A model generated the notes under the pieces. That model ran no database searches and was not told the origin of the DNA. It saw only the letters and a program-made list of their open reading frames with translations. Positions 42,107-55,949 of a DNA stretch of 64,000 nucleotides are shown in pieces. Source of the stretch: Proteromonas lacertae (lineage: Eukaryota); NCBI GenBank assembly GCA_002245135.1, contig NGBS01000890.1, positions 62,001 through 126,000 on the forward strand, written 5' to 3'. Position 1 is the first letter of the stretch; every line of letters begins with the position of its first letter. The position numbers and the translations under genes are program-made.

Positions 42107-43949
42107 ATGAATTGCTTCGCAAATTGGGAAGCAATTGATGTAAGCGAGAAACCTACTGCAAGATGGGGACATTCTTCATATATGTACAAAGAAAATATTT
42201 ATATTTATGGTGGATATTGTGGGTATGACTTTTTTTACATAGATTATAATCTGATATAGAAACAATTCAAAAGCGTATATAGGTGATGTTGATTCTATTA
42301 ATATAACTACAAAGGGTCATCAAAGATATGCTGTTGATGACATACCTCCTAGATCAAATAGTGCTTCTATTGGTATTGATCAGAATTTCTTAATACATGG
42401 TGGTAGAGCCAATAAGAATACATTCTCAGATTTACTTTGTTATGACTGTAGTGAAAAGAGATTTGTAAAACTAACCGAACAAAACAAATCAGAAGGTCCT
42501 GGTAATAGAGCTCATCACAGTTGTTGTAGGTTTCGACAAGATTATCTTTTATATTATGGTGGAGATGATATGGAATATGAAGATACATCTATTAATAACA
42601 GTCGAGAATCAAAATACACTACAACCTATTTATTACATATAAAACATATAAATGAACACAAAGTAAGATGGGATAAAGCAAATATATACATTCCAAATAG
42701 TTCAGAAATAGATATATATCCCAAACCAAGAAGATTTCATACAATGATAGAACATAAACCAACAGGTTCAATAATATTATATGGTGGTTCATCATGTACA
42801 ACTCGTTCAGTACCATTTAATGATGTTTGGATATTTACACCATTAAGTAAACCATATACTGGATCATGGATAAGACCAAAGAAAATAAAAGGAGATATTC
42901 CATTTGGTAGATGGGGACATACAATGAGTTATGTAAATAATGAATTTAAAAGTGATTCATTTGTGATATTTGGTGGTTATACAAATACATCAGTTAATGT
43001 AATTTATATTTTAACATTAACAAAATATCCTGTTAATGTTGATGATGATCCATTTAATTATGAAATAGAATGGTCATTAGCAAAAACATCAAATATAATT
43101 CCACCTCCAAGAAGAAGACATAGTATTTGTCAAGACAAAGGAAATAATTATATCTTTTTTTATAATTTAATTCTATTTTGTTTATTATATTTCTTTAATT
43201 TAATATAAGTTTTTACATCTTTGGTGGTTATAGTACGAAGTATCATAATGATTTATATAGATTGGATATAAATGTAAATGCAGATGAAAATCTATCAGAA
43301 CTATTAGATAAATGTAATGCCAAAGCCTTACATCCAATACTATTAGAAAATAATATAACATATAATAGATTAAAATATTTCAGTGATATTGATTATGATA
43401 AATATAATATACCATTAGGAGTAAGAAGACAAATTCAAAGTGAATTAAACTCAATTTCAATAATTCATCATGTAAAAGATAATTATACAAACGATGAGTA
43501 TATGTCAATTCAAAAATTGATTAATGAATATTATAATTGTGAATCAATTAATAAAGCAATGAAAATATTGGTAGATGAGAATAGAGAATTAAGTTATGAT
43601 AATTTATATGAAGTAATTGATGAAGGTAGAAAGAGTATGGTAGAAGATATAAAAAATAAAGAGATATTAACAAGTAATTTGATGAAAGAATATGAAGATT
43701 TAAAAAAAGAAAAAACAAGAAGAATTAAAGAATCAAAGAGTGAGAATATATGTTGTGTATTAATATAAATGTATTATAAATTATATATAATAGGTTTGTA
43801 TGGAGAGAACTCCTGATGTAATAGTATTACCTTGTGGACATTTCTGTTTGTGTAGTCAATGTATAAGTAACATATTAGAGAAAAAGAAAAAGTGTCCATT
43901 ATGTGGAAATATTTATACTGAATTAGTAAAACTATCAGATAATGAATGA
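42107..43949 (+). CDS. Kelch-repeat + SAM + C3HC4 RING protein (putative E3 ligase)
   Basis: RWGHS...IYIYGG, RAHHS, RRFHT, RWGHT, RRRHS; SAM-like IPLGVRRQI; RING C..CMERTPDVIVLPCGHFCLCSQC...CPLC after splicing. Confidence 0.85.
43150..43216 (+). other. Probable U12-type intron with AT 5' end (3' end either AA at 43208 or AC at 43216)
   Basis: Starts ATATCTTT, contains TTCTTTAAT at 43191-43199, has no GT donor, and interrupts a kelch (Y)IFGG motif. Confidence 0.7.
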
Positions 43950-44062
43950 GATTTCTATTTTTTTCTTTGTAATTTATGAATTAGGGTAATTTATACATAA
44001 AATTTCAGTTGAATATTTGTAGCATAGCACAATATAATAATTATTTAAATTAAAAAGGAATT

Positions 44063-46950
44063 TCAGTTGGATTTTATAGTTACTGATCTTTTATTAGACA
44101 TTACTCCACCCTGCTTTCTAGCCTTAGCTTTTTCTAATACGTCTGGTTTATAATACTCTGTAGATGTTGATGAGGATCTATTCTCTTCTTCATTCACTAC
44201 AGCAGGTTTAGTCCATGCTTCACTAACCACAGGTTTTTCATTTTTATAATTTTTAATATTTTCTACCCATTCTTTGATCATGCTACTACAATTTTCAATT
44301 TCATCATCCATTTTAAAACTAATTTTTATTTCTTTATCACCTGGTTCATATGTCATTAAATAGGATTCTCTAATTTTCAACTTCAAATTAAATTCATTAC
44401 TTCCTTCTTCATAATCAATTCCATTATAACATTCCAATGGAATGCTTTGTTTTTCATCTAAATATACTTTACCATAATAACTTTGACTCATAGAACCATA
44501 AATCCTTAATATTGCTGGATTAGTATATAATACACAATATCTTCTTTGATATTTATCATATATTCTATCATGACTTTCTTTCATTAAATATCCTTCCATC
44601 ATAATCTTTTGATTATTTGGTCTATACATATCACTTGAATTATTATTATAATAATTATTTTCTCTAATCTTTTCAATTGGAACTACATTTTGCATAACAA
44701 CTTCATTCTTCTTCATCTTCTTTTCTTCAATCTTTTGACCAATATAAGCTAATAAATAGGATAATATTATCAATATAATAAGTAAAACAACTATCCCAAC
44801 AACTACTATCACATATATATATTCTTCATACCAAGGTTTTTTAGCGTTTTCTTCTTCTTCTTCTTTTTCTTCAGATTTATAATTAAAAACAGAAGTAATT
44901 CCAATATCATAATCAATTCTATTTCCTGTTTCTTCATTCACTTTATTTATTTCTTTTATGGATGTTTTAATTTTTGTATCTAATTTTGAATTAACTATTA
45001 ATTCTTTTATTTCATTTGGTAAAATATTGATTCTTTCTTCTATCTCTGTTTCATCTGTACATTCTAATATGGATAATACACTTTTAATATAATCATAATT
45101 ATCAAATACTAAATTACTATCTTCTTCCACTAACAACAATCTATTATTGGATTTATTGTCTTTAATATTGATTTTTACAATTATTACTTTCTTGTTATAA
45201 TCTTCCATGTAACAATGCCATAAATAATTTGTATTATTAAATATTATATCATTAAATATATTATAATAAGTGTCAAAGAGCAAATCATCAACATTATTAA
45301 TAAATGGAATAATAAATGTTAAATTCTTACACATTACTCCATTTATACAATCTTTTTTTCCTACACAACATAATCCCATATTATCTCTTTCATCTTTTTT
45401 ACAATTCTCTGGGCTTTTTATTCCTATTACTTTAATTTCTTCGCTTTTATAAATATAAGATGATTCATTCATAAAATGAAATGATATTTTATCATCATCT
45501 TTGTCTTCATCATCATCATCATCATTATGTAATTCATCATCATTATCATCATCATCTTTTGATATTTCTTCTGTTGCATTTGTAACAATTAAATCATTAT
45601 ACTCAAATACTGTTTTTGATTGTTTATAAATTGGACCGTTCTGTAACATATATTTATTATCCTCTGAATAAAGACTTAATGATATATTCATATCATATTT
45701 ATCTTCATCCATCACTAAATCAGTAATAAAAGGGTAAACCAATGTCAATTTTACATTAAACTCTTCATTTTGATAGATAGTATAAGGAAATGAACTTAAT
45801 AATATATCCACAGATGGTTTATATTGAGTTACTTTGTATTGAATAATGGAAGTTTCATCCTTAATACCTTCATAACTACAAGTGATTATACACTTTATAA
45901 AACCATCTGTTATTTTCTTATCAGTATCAATTGTTATATTTCCAGTGTGTCTATCAATACTACAATCGCTTGATGATGATGATGAGTATGTAACTACAAC
46001 ATTATTATTATTAGATATTGAATTATTATTGGATATTACTTTTACACCTGATCCATATATAAATATTGATTTAGAAGGATATATACATTCAGTGATTGTT
46101 GGTAAAGTTGTTGTCGTAGTCGTTGGAATTGTAGCTGTTGAAGGAGTATTATCGTTTGAACAATATGAATAAAGATTATTGCATTTATTGGATAAGAGAT
46201 TATAAAATGTATTATTTTTATTCATATTTATATATTCTTCTAATAACACTGCTATTTCTCTATATTCATTCTCAATCAGTAGTATAACCACAATATTTAA
46301 TGTTTTATTATTATCTTCACTTGTTATTGATATTGTACTTTCTAATATTTCTACTTTATTCATTGAGTAATACTCTTTTATTGAAGCATCAACAACATTT
46401 GTCATTTCAACTCCTTCAATATTATAATCGGTTAGGAATCTTATCTTTTTCTTATTTAAAGTTAATATTTCATCATTCTCTTTATTGATTACTGTTGAAT
46501 CATCTGAATCATCTTCAGTATCAGAAGATTCTGTGGTTGTTGGTTCAGTTGTAGTTGTTTCTTCTGTTTTTGTTGTAGTTACTTCTGTAGTTGATGATTC
46601 TATGGTTGTGGTTGATTCATATGTAGATATGGAAGTTTCAGTTAGTGAATCATCTGTGGAAGTAGGATCTTCAGAAGTAGTAGATGTAGTATAATCGTTA
46701 TAACAAAACGATATAAGGAGTGTATATTTTGAGTATTCTACAGTATTGCCTTTATTAGACCTGGACAATATAGAAAACAAAATATACATATATTTAGCAT
46801 CAGTTATATGAACACTATCTTTATGAATATTCTTTGATATTCGTAGCTGTGATGTTTCAGCTTCGAATACAAATATCACCAGAAAAACTATAAAAACGCA
46901 TTATAACACTTAAATATACTGACAAAAAGTAGGTAAAATTGCGATTTCAT
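44063..46950 (-). CDS. Type I membrane protein: signal peptide, Ser/Thr-rich ectodomain, TM helix, cytosolic PH domain
   Basis: Spliced start MKSQFYLLFVIFLVIF (intron 46888-46919), TM YIYVIVVVGIVVLL, PH motif MEGYLMKES...YQRRYCVL...EWVENIK. Confidence 0.75.
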
Positions 46951-47007
46951 AGCTGTATAGAATGTAATTTCAATTTCTATAAACTGAGATATTCTCAGAT
47001 CTTGAAA

Positions 47008-47018
47008 ATATTCGTTTT
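47008..47018. promoter_or_regulatory. Same candidate motif in an 80-bp bidirectional intergenic region
   Basis: ATATTCGTTTT between divergent ATGs at 46950 and 47031. Confidence 0.6.
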
Positions 47019-47030
47019 CTGTAATTTTAA

Positions 47031-48339
47031 ATGGGTTGTAATAGCGTATTCTGATTATTTCTATATGTAGTCACAAGTTGATCCTTATCCATCATTTCAG
47101 AAATCTTTGAATCTGGCACTTCCTGGTATTTCAACAGATTTGCTTTATGAAATGATAAACAAAACTTCAAAACAGATTTATAATGTTTATAGAGAAGTAT
47201 TCATAACTAAATATTTTAATAGGATAAAAGGACAGGAATATTCCTTGAAAAGTCGAAATGTATGGTAAACAGAGATGGAGATGTAATTTACTTTTGTTTC
47301 CAAGGTACACAACTTCGGACAACTTTAGTAGAAGCAATTCAAGATCTTGTAGCTGATGCAAAAGTTTTAAAAATTTCACCTTTTGGTGAAGAGAATGGAG
47401 AAGTTCATTTTGGATTTTTCCATAGATCAGGATATGACTTTGGATTAGGTATCGATTCAACAGAATATGCACCAACAAAAGGATCAATTTTAGACTTAAT
47501 CGACAATACAGAAGCAACTCATATAGTATTTACAGGTCATAGTTTAGGTGGATCTGCAGCACAAATGGCATTTCTAAGATATATAGACATAATGAACAGA
47601 TTTGGAGGAGATGAAAAAATAAATCCAGTAACAGGTAAACTATATAATAAAAACTTCTACTGTATTTGTTATGCAACTCCAATTTGTACAACTAAAGAAG
47701 TACATAATTATGTAAAAGAATATAATAATCGAATATTATCATTTAGTAATGATAAAGATCCAATCCCTGAAATATGTCGAGATGCTGAAGATAGTATATA
47801 ATTTATTTTATTTATATTTGTTTAAATAGTATCTTTAATACGTAAAATAATGAGAAATAGAGTAGATAAACAATTGAAAGATATAACTATTGAATCTATT
47901 AATCAAGTGTATATTATATATATATATATTATAATAGTGAGACTGATGAAATAAATCAAGTAATTAATATAGCTGAAGAAAAAAAGAATCTCCTGATACT
48001 TTAAAAGAAGATGAAAAAGATGTTGAATTAAGAAGAGAATATTCATCCAACCAACTAAATCAATTGATTAATATGAGAAATAAGAAAGATAAGAGAGTCA
48101 AATTGTTAGAAGGAAGAATTATTCATTTGTATGAACCAATTGGAGTTAATGTTATTTTAACTGATCATTATTATCATGTTTTTAGAGATTATACTGAATT
48201 TCTGAGTGCTATTGGAAGAAATATACCGAAAGGCAAAGAAATATTTAAATATCATATGGAAGATCAGTATTTAGATATGATGAAAAAGCTGTATAAGAAA
48301 GAAACTCCAATTTCATCAGATTATTTCAAAGAAAATTAA
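47031..48339 (+). CDS. Class 3 lipase with an N-terminal acylation-like signal
   Basis: 25- and 26-nt introns give MGCNSS...; FQGT, VHFGF, FTGHSLGG, YATP, DPIP and HM motifs; apparent -1 indel near 47980. Confidence 0.85.
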
Positions 48340-48397
48340 TTATAATCATTTCACATTTAAATATATAAATATAAATTATTAATTATATGGATATTAA

Positions 48398-48775
48398 TTA
48401 TATTGTCTGTGATTCTGAGTAACATTCCATAAATTGTTTTTCTCTATTTTCATCTATCTCACCAGGTTCAAGCTATAGTTAGTTAAAAATATTTCTTATA
48501 CTGGTTCAGCTGAGTATATCTTCTCATAACATTCTCTTGAAACACAATCATGAATACAGTTCATATTGTAATCCTTTTTGATGTGACTGCATTTAACTTC
48601 TTCACATTCGCGATTTTTCAACATATAAGCTCGATTTATCTAAGCAAATAAATAAAAGATATAAATTTTCTTATTATACCGCCATTTTGGATTTCTTTAC
48701 TTTCGGTGCAGCAGATACAAATATTATAAAGGATAAAAATAAACAAATAAACAGCACAGAAGAAGAAATTCTCAT
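48398..48775 (-). CDS. Small secreted Cys-rich protein resembling DUF4787, absent from the ORF track
   Basis: Three exons: MRISSSVLFICLFLSFIIFVSAAPK...NCIHDCVSRECYEKIYSAEPLEPGEIDENREKQFMEC. Confidence 0.7.
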
Positions 48776-48794
48776 TCTTATTAAAACCAAAAAT

Positions 48795-48805
48795 ATATTC
48801 GTTTT
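48795..48805. promoter_or_regulatory. A(T/G)(T/C)CGTT candidate promoter motif in a 100-bp bidirectional intergenic region
   Basis: ATATTCGTTTT between divergent ATGs at 48775 and 48876; the motif recurs upstream of most genes in the window. Confidence 0.6.
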
Positions 48806-48875
48806 ATAGATTCAAAATGGTTTATGAAAATAAGTGGTTAAATTTTTCAATTAAATCTTTTTAATTTTTCAGAAG

Positions 48876-51860
48876 ATGAGTAAAGAGAATTCAATAGATT
48901 TTAAAAAGTTGGGAGAGAAGCTAAGTGACATTAGTAAAACATTTTTTGATCCAAATTACTCCAGGTATATCAGAATCTGATCTTTTTTCTATAATAGTCT
49001 TCGTTATGTGGTGAAGGTTTTACGAGAAGATGCAGAAGGAGAAAATAGTATATTTCAAATTGTAACATATATTAGAAGATGATTCTTTACACAATACACT
49101 CAAGAAGAATCTTGCAGAAGTTGAAGAATGTGTAGGTGAAATAGTCAATTCCTACTATCAACCATTTAATGAAAATGTGAGAAGTTTCTCCAAAATATCA
49201 ACGGATTACACAGAATCAAAGAAAACAATATTGTCACTACGTGAAAAAGTAGGAGAATGTAAGAAGATATTGGAAGAAAGAAGGCAAAATTTAAAACAAT
49301 TAACATTTGATAGAGTATTTATCTAATTGTTGTTAATCTTGTGAAATAGGCAAAATATAATGCATTAGGAAGAATATTAAGCAAATTAGAGCTAATATCC
49401 ACATCTGAAAAAGAATTACAATCTCGTCTAGATAATAAGAGATATTATGGAGCAGTAAAGTTCTATAATGAAGTGAAGAATGAATTATACAGTGTTTTAT
49501 TAGGAGATATTAGTGCAATTGATGAACTGAAAATCTCATGGCCTCATAAGCGAGAATCTATAGAAGCTAAGTTAATTGAAGAATTATCTTCCTATATATT
49601 CTTAAGAGAAGGTAATTTAGAAAGCTTACCTGATATACTATCCGTTACATCAATTGGTATCTTAGTGGAGAGTATCAGTGAGTCGTATGAGAAGAAATGT
49701 ATAGAAAGTCTGAATCCACAATCTATTGATATGGTATTGTTTTTAATAGAAGCAATACATGAATTAGGAGGTACTACTAATTTTCTAAATCATCTACAGA
49801 CAATATTTCATAATGAATTACACACAATTGTTATCAATGAATTATCAACGAAGAAATACGATAATGAGAAATATCCTGATGTGTATGTATCAAAATTGTT
49901 GCCAAGTGGCCAAGATGAGGGATTATCAAAATCAGACTTCATTTTAACCAAAATATTCAGTTTATTTGAGAAGATATTAAGGAATGTAAAGTTTTTATTA
50001 GAAGTTCTCAGTTATTTAAACAATGGTGAAGAAGAAAATAGTTTTACAATTGATATGGCTTGGCTTGAGATACAAAAAGAAATAGAAGTGTTTTTAAACC
50101 CATTATTAAAGTATGTATCTGCTGATGAATATAGCACAACTCAAATTAACAAGAAAATATCAGAATTAAATACAATATCCTTCTCATTTGTCAAAACTGG
50201 CGAATTTATGAATATGCAAGCTAAAGATGATACTGAAAACTATAACACAGCTTCAGAATTCGAAACACTCTATAATCAATTCGGTATAAGTCATCCCTTT
50301 AACTTATTATCCTATTACACCACAATTACTCAATTATGTCACAATCTTATACTTATCATCAGTCCAACAGTCAATAATGATTATGACCAATTTCTCTCCT
50401 ACGCTCTATGTTCTAATGATATCAATACTTATTATTTAATTCATTTTGTTAAGGATTTTATTGAACATACGATTGTAGATAGAGCAAAGAAAGATGTGAA
50501 ATCAAAGTTAGATAACATACTCTCCAATCCAAAATCCTTTATGATTCCACATAAAGAGATTGGTGGAAATGTTCCTGCAATGGATGGATCTCAACAAGTG
50601 ATTGATATTATGGAGAAAATATTATTTGATGCTTTACATTTAAATACATTATCACATTTATATATCCCAGGTATAATAATATATTATAATATATATTATA
50701 TATAATATGTATAGTTATTGATATTCTATTAAAGACCTACCTTGATAAATGTAATATGAAAGTTACTAGTTATCTCAAAGACAGTCATATCTACAAACGT
50801 TATAATTCAATGGCTAGTAAATACACTTATTTCTATAAGAGTGATCCATTATATGAATTAATGATGGGTGATTGTAAAGCAGGTATTCATCACAAAGAAA
50901 TGTCCATATCCTATAATCTAAGAAGAACCAGTACAAGTGTAAGTGTATTAGCTGAAAGAAGTAATAAAGAAATAGATTTAGATAGTGATTATTATCAATT
51001 CAAACCAAATCCAAAGATTGATAAAGATAGTCTATTATCAACACGTGTGATTGAAATATTGTGTAGTTTCTGTGAGTCATTGTTGTGGATATCATTGAGA
51101 TTAACGAATGATTGTCAATCGAAAACATCGAATGAAGCTACAACCAATAATACATCGAGATATGGAAGAAGAAGAGGAAGTGAATTGACTGAACAAACCC
51201 AAGTATATTTATATTATTATTATTATTATTATATAATAGTCTATCTCACAAGTAATTCAATGTATTCGTAGTTATAGTGAAAGTTACAAAGCCAATGCAG
51301 AAAGAGATATTTACTATTTACGTCTAGAAATCAAAGCACATGTTATGTTTTATTTATCTAAAATGAATGAAACTGATTATGGAAGTAATGATATAGTGAT
51401 GGGAGGATTGCCTGATAAATATATAATTGATTTACATAAAGATATTTTACAATTTGATGATATTTTACATCAACAATTAACAGATGTTAAGAAGCAGTTT
51501 GTATTGGATGGAGTGATAAAAATGATTCCAATTATGATGATCAGAGCATTTATCAGTATACATCCTAAGAAAATAGTTCCAAACGGTGTGGATAGGTTAA
51601 TTAGAGATTTATTAGCTATTCAACAGACTATTTCTAGTATCAGTGACTTGAATGATGGAAAAGAAGAGATTGAATTATTGAGACAATATTTCCATTTGTT
51701 GCAGTTGAGTCAAACAGAATTGTTACAATTCATGAGAACACATAAAACTGTCTATAAGAGAGATGAATATGATACAATTTGGAATTTAGAGACAAATATA
51801 CGTCCTAAGAGTTTGAGAAGGGATAATGACTATCAGAAGATATTTCCTCCTAAGAAATGA
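48876..51860 (+). CDS. SEC8: Exocyst complex component 4
   Basis: N-terminal YYQPFNENVRSFSKI coiled coil; C-terminal LRLEIKAH, PDKYIIDL, NGVDRLIRDLLAIQQTIS; several GT-AG introns. Confidence 0.8.
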
Positions 51861-52193
51861 ATAGCTCAAAAGAAGATGAAAGTGAATAAAAAAAAGATTG
51901 TTGTTAATAAAGCTAAGACAACTTTAAAACGAATAATAAAAAATAAAAAATAAAAAATAAATGTTAACTGTTCTATGTATAATAGTTGTTGTGTAAGATG
52001 GGTTGTTATAACTTTAGTAACTAAAATAAGGTTGATTAATTTTAACATGTTATATTTTCTGCATTAGGATAAGAAACTATGCAAGAATTTAGCATTTTTA
52101 TTTTTCAAAACTGGCTATAAATGACATAATTGTAATGAGAAATATAGAGCCGTTTCAAATTGCATCTTTCAGTTGTGAAGTTTTTATCAAAAT

Positions 52194-54619
52194 ATGAGTG
52201 TAATTAAGAATCCTTTCACTGAAAAAGGGTATTGATGTGCATTTTTATTATTTATAGAATTGTTGCATGTATAGTTGAGAAAGGTTTAAGCGATGTAGTC
52301 GTTCAAATAGGACAAGAACAGTTTCCTAGTGTTAAAGTGGTTCTTTGCTTGAATGATAAAATCAGAAGAGAGATGGAAAGTCCTGATTTCGACTCAATAT
52401 TCGTTTTGCCAGCTCATTTAACTCTCTGTGGTTTTCAAGCATTAGAAAACTATTTGGGAGGATGTGACGTCAATGTATCAAGAGGCAGTTGTGTTGATAT
52501 CTTGAATATAAGTGTTGAGTATGAACAAGTTGATTTAATGAACGAAGTTATAAAGTTTATAGCTGAAAATATCGATGAAAACATGATGATGAAACTATTC
52601 AATATATTACCAACACTTCCAAACATCGGTGACGTTGCAGATTTAAAAAGTGCAACTGACAAGTTCATTCAAGAGAATAGTAGTAGATTCCTTAAGCTTG
52701 ATGTATTAAAAAGTCTATCAATCAAAGCAGTGGAATGTCTATTGAAAGTACCATATTTGATTTTACCAAATGAGACATATCTGTTAGATTTGTTGTTAGA
52801 ATATTATCATAGATATAGAGATCTTCATAGTATATATGTATATATTATATTTCAATAGTTGATGATGATCAACGAGAAGTAGATGCTCAATTTTTACCTC
52901 TTCTCTCCTATGTTCATTTAGAGAATGTAGCAATTAATTTATATACAATAGACGATCAAAGATTATTGAGAAAATACCAAATGTTACAGAAAGTAACAGC
53001 TACAACAACTTTACTTCCATTAACAGGTGAATCTGAAAAACCATCCAATAAGAATGAAGAAGACAATGAAGAAGATATTAACCTCTACAACAGTGAAGAT
53101 GATTTCAATAATATCCTCAATTTATCAATGACAATCACTCAAAACATGAACAAATCCGTTAAAAAGACAATTGTGAAAGACAATTTAACATCATCAGTAA
53201 TTATAACTCCAGAAGGTGAGAAGAATGAACATAAATATATATTACCTGATGATATAGATGAAACTATTAGAAGAATTATATTGAACTTTTACTTTACTAA
53301 AGAAACAAGTGTTCATCTAACAAGTATATATACTATATATATAATCTATTTTTTATTTTTTATTTATCTTTATAGAGGATGATTCCTTATTATTCAGAGC
53401 AATCGCCACTCCCCAAATCATTGAGAACTTATTAGCTCAACCTGACATGAAAGTAGTTTTAGTAACATTAATGATTTTAATGTCAATCAAATCGAACTAT
53501 GTAATTGGTAAAAAAACAAAAGCATTAATCATTTCACATATGATATTTGAATATCAATCTCATGAAGATACTCGTGATCAAGTAGCTACTTGTTGTGCTT
53601 ATATTTATGATGATATTGCTGATTTAATACAGATTCATAATGTAGCTAAAGAATTAGTTTATGATATGTGTAATCACTTGGATGTGATTGAACTACAAAC
53701 AGATCAAGATGAGTTATTGAAATTTGTTGAAAAACATTTTGATGAGAATTTCGTGAATATTATTAAAGATGAAGCTACAATCACCCAATTGAAATGTATT
53801 CCAATTACTTATTTCAAATATCCTCAAACTCATTATGTTTTTATTAATCAATCATTCTCTATAGTTCCATCTAATGATGGTAGTGATGTATCTTATGAAT
53901 CATCTTATGATACATTACCTTCAGGAGTTGTATTTGATACAAAGACAGGTATTATCAGTGGTAAATGTTATAAAGATGATTCTATTAGATTATTTGTAAC
54001 TTGTAGAAATTGTAAAAGTGTTAAAAGAACAACATTATTTATTCGATTTACTACTGCACAATTCGATGGTAAATTATGTAACAATGACTTGAGAGTGACA
54101 AATATTGGTAGAAAACTAACAAGAGATCGTTTCACAGAAAGTGCTTGTGCTCCTTGTTATTTGAACTTCACAATGAATGAAGGTAGAGTTTATCATATTA
54201 CCTATAAATGTCATCATACAAGTGGACCATACAATGGAGTTATGTTTGGAGCAATTGATGCTTTACCTGAAGAAAGTAGTTATGATTTATCACCTGATGT
54301 TTATAAATCAGCAGATGCTCATTCCCTTCATATTTATACTGAACATTCTTCATTACAATATTGTCATTGCACGCAAATATTACATGAAGAAATTATCTGT
54401 CATGATGATGGAACTGTTTATGAATTAATATATGATTTGAAAGAGCATAATTTGTCAATTAAAATTGGTGAAGACACGAAAGAAGATAAAGCACCAGTTT
54501 TCTTATTATGTGAAGATTTGAATGGACCTTTAAAACCATTTGTTGAGTTGTTTAGTACAGTTGAAGATCCTTCCATTAATTCAGTAGAACTCTTACAAGT
54601 GTATGAAGAGAATATTTAG
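52194..54619 (+). CDS. BTB/BACK + putative Ig-like repeat + SPRY-like protein, paralog 1
   Basis: SDVVVQIGQEQF, BACK-like NETYLLDLLLEY, LPSGVVFDTKTGIISG, C-terminal YELIYDLKEHNLSI...LKPFVEL; three introns. Confidence 0.75.
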
Positions 54620-55039
54620 TCAGTTTAATAAAAACCTTTTTAGCCAGCTTTAATAATTAATAGCTTGCTTATAATAATTACATCATTATTACTCTGTTTT
54701 TTTTTAATATATATGAATAGAATAATTTATAGCTATGAATAAGTCAATTATTTTACCAATGTCTTAATATTCTTTTAACTCATCTTTAATTAAAATTATA
54801 CATTTTTAAATATTGAGTCGTTTCGCGAGGCTTAATTAAAAAGAAATGCCAATTTAAGTTAATTCTTATTACTTTGTTATTTTTGTTATTGATAATGTGA
54901 TACGAGGAGTATTTTATAGTGACTAATTACACCTTAATTAACAACTACATACACCTTAATTTTCATATCGAAATTTGTCTGACTATAATTAATTTCTGAA
55001 TTGTGTGTAGTATTTAGACATCATCAATGTTAATCATTA

Positions 55040-55530
55040 GAAATAATTAGATGTAATGAGCCAATATGAGCCTAAATATAACTTTAACATGGATGAAACA
55101 TCACTATTTTACCAACAACTCCCTCAAAAATGTGTTGTAAAAAATGTAGAAATATCAGAATTTCGAGTTTTTAAGATGTTTAAACAACGAATATCTATAG
55201 CAGTCACAGTTAACATGGATAACGCTGTATATGTTCCATTATTATTTATAGGAAAATCCAAAAAACCAATTTGTTTCAGCGATGTTCCTAATTTTATACC
55301 AATCAACATCAGGCTTGGATTAATTCGACTATTTTCATTTGTTGGAATTTATGAAATATTTATGCCAGCAGTAACGTCAACATTAGGAGATAGTAAGATA
55401 TTATTAATAATGGATAATGATATATTTACCTCCAAATTAAACTGCTGTATTACAACCTCTAGATCAAAGTATCATTAGTGCTTTGGAGGGATAGTACAAT
55501 ACATCAATCCTTATTGAATGCATGAAAACT
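55040..55530 (+). mobile_element. Degraded pogo/Tigger-type DDE transposase fragment
   Basis: FNMDETSLFYQQLP, KQRISIAVTVNMD, PLLFIGKSKKP, KILLIMDN and frameshifted TAVLQPLDQSII. No terminal inverted repeats recognised. Confidence 0.8.
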
Positions 55531-55949
55531 ATTGACATTTTTTAATAATTAGAAGAATAAATGCAAAACATGGAATGGCGGTGTTGTATGTTGTTAATCA
55601 TCTCATCATACAATTACTTTTAAAACAAACTAATATCATTTTTATCTTAGTTATAAAGAGTTATTTACAAATATATAGTTTGTCATATGACACACATCTA
55701 CGATATACTTATTTATAAACTTCAGTCACTACTACAGTCTAAAATACATTTTCTGATATGAATAAAGTAGAATAACTTTTGCATTCGCTTATTTAAATAA
55801 GAAATAAAAAACAGGCTTGAGTGAGGCTTGAACTTCTTTTTTAGATTTAGCTATGATTATAAGCTAATTCATTCATTTAAAGATGCTTTAATTAAGTCAT
55901 TAAGGTATGTTTATTTGTTATACGATAAATTTAACATATTTTGCATCTT

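Noticed and set aside
50175..50183. Perfect ATATCCTT U12-like donor in SEC8
   Set aside because: It lies in an uninterrupted ORF (TISFSF) with no intron-like sequence or branch motif downstream.
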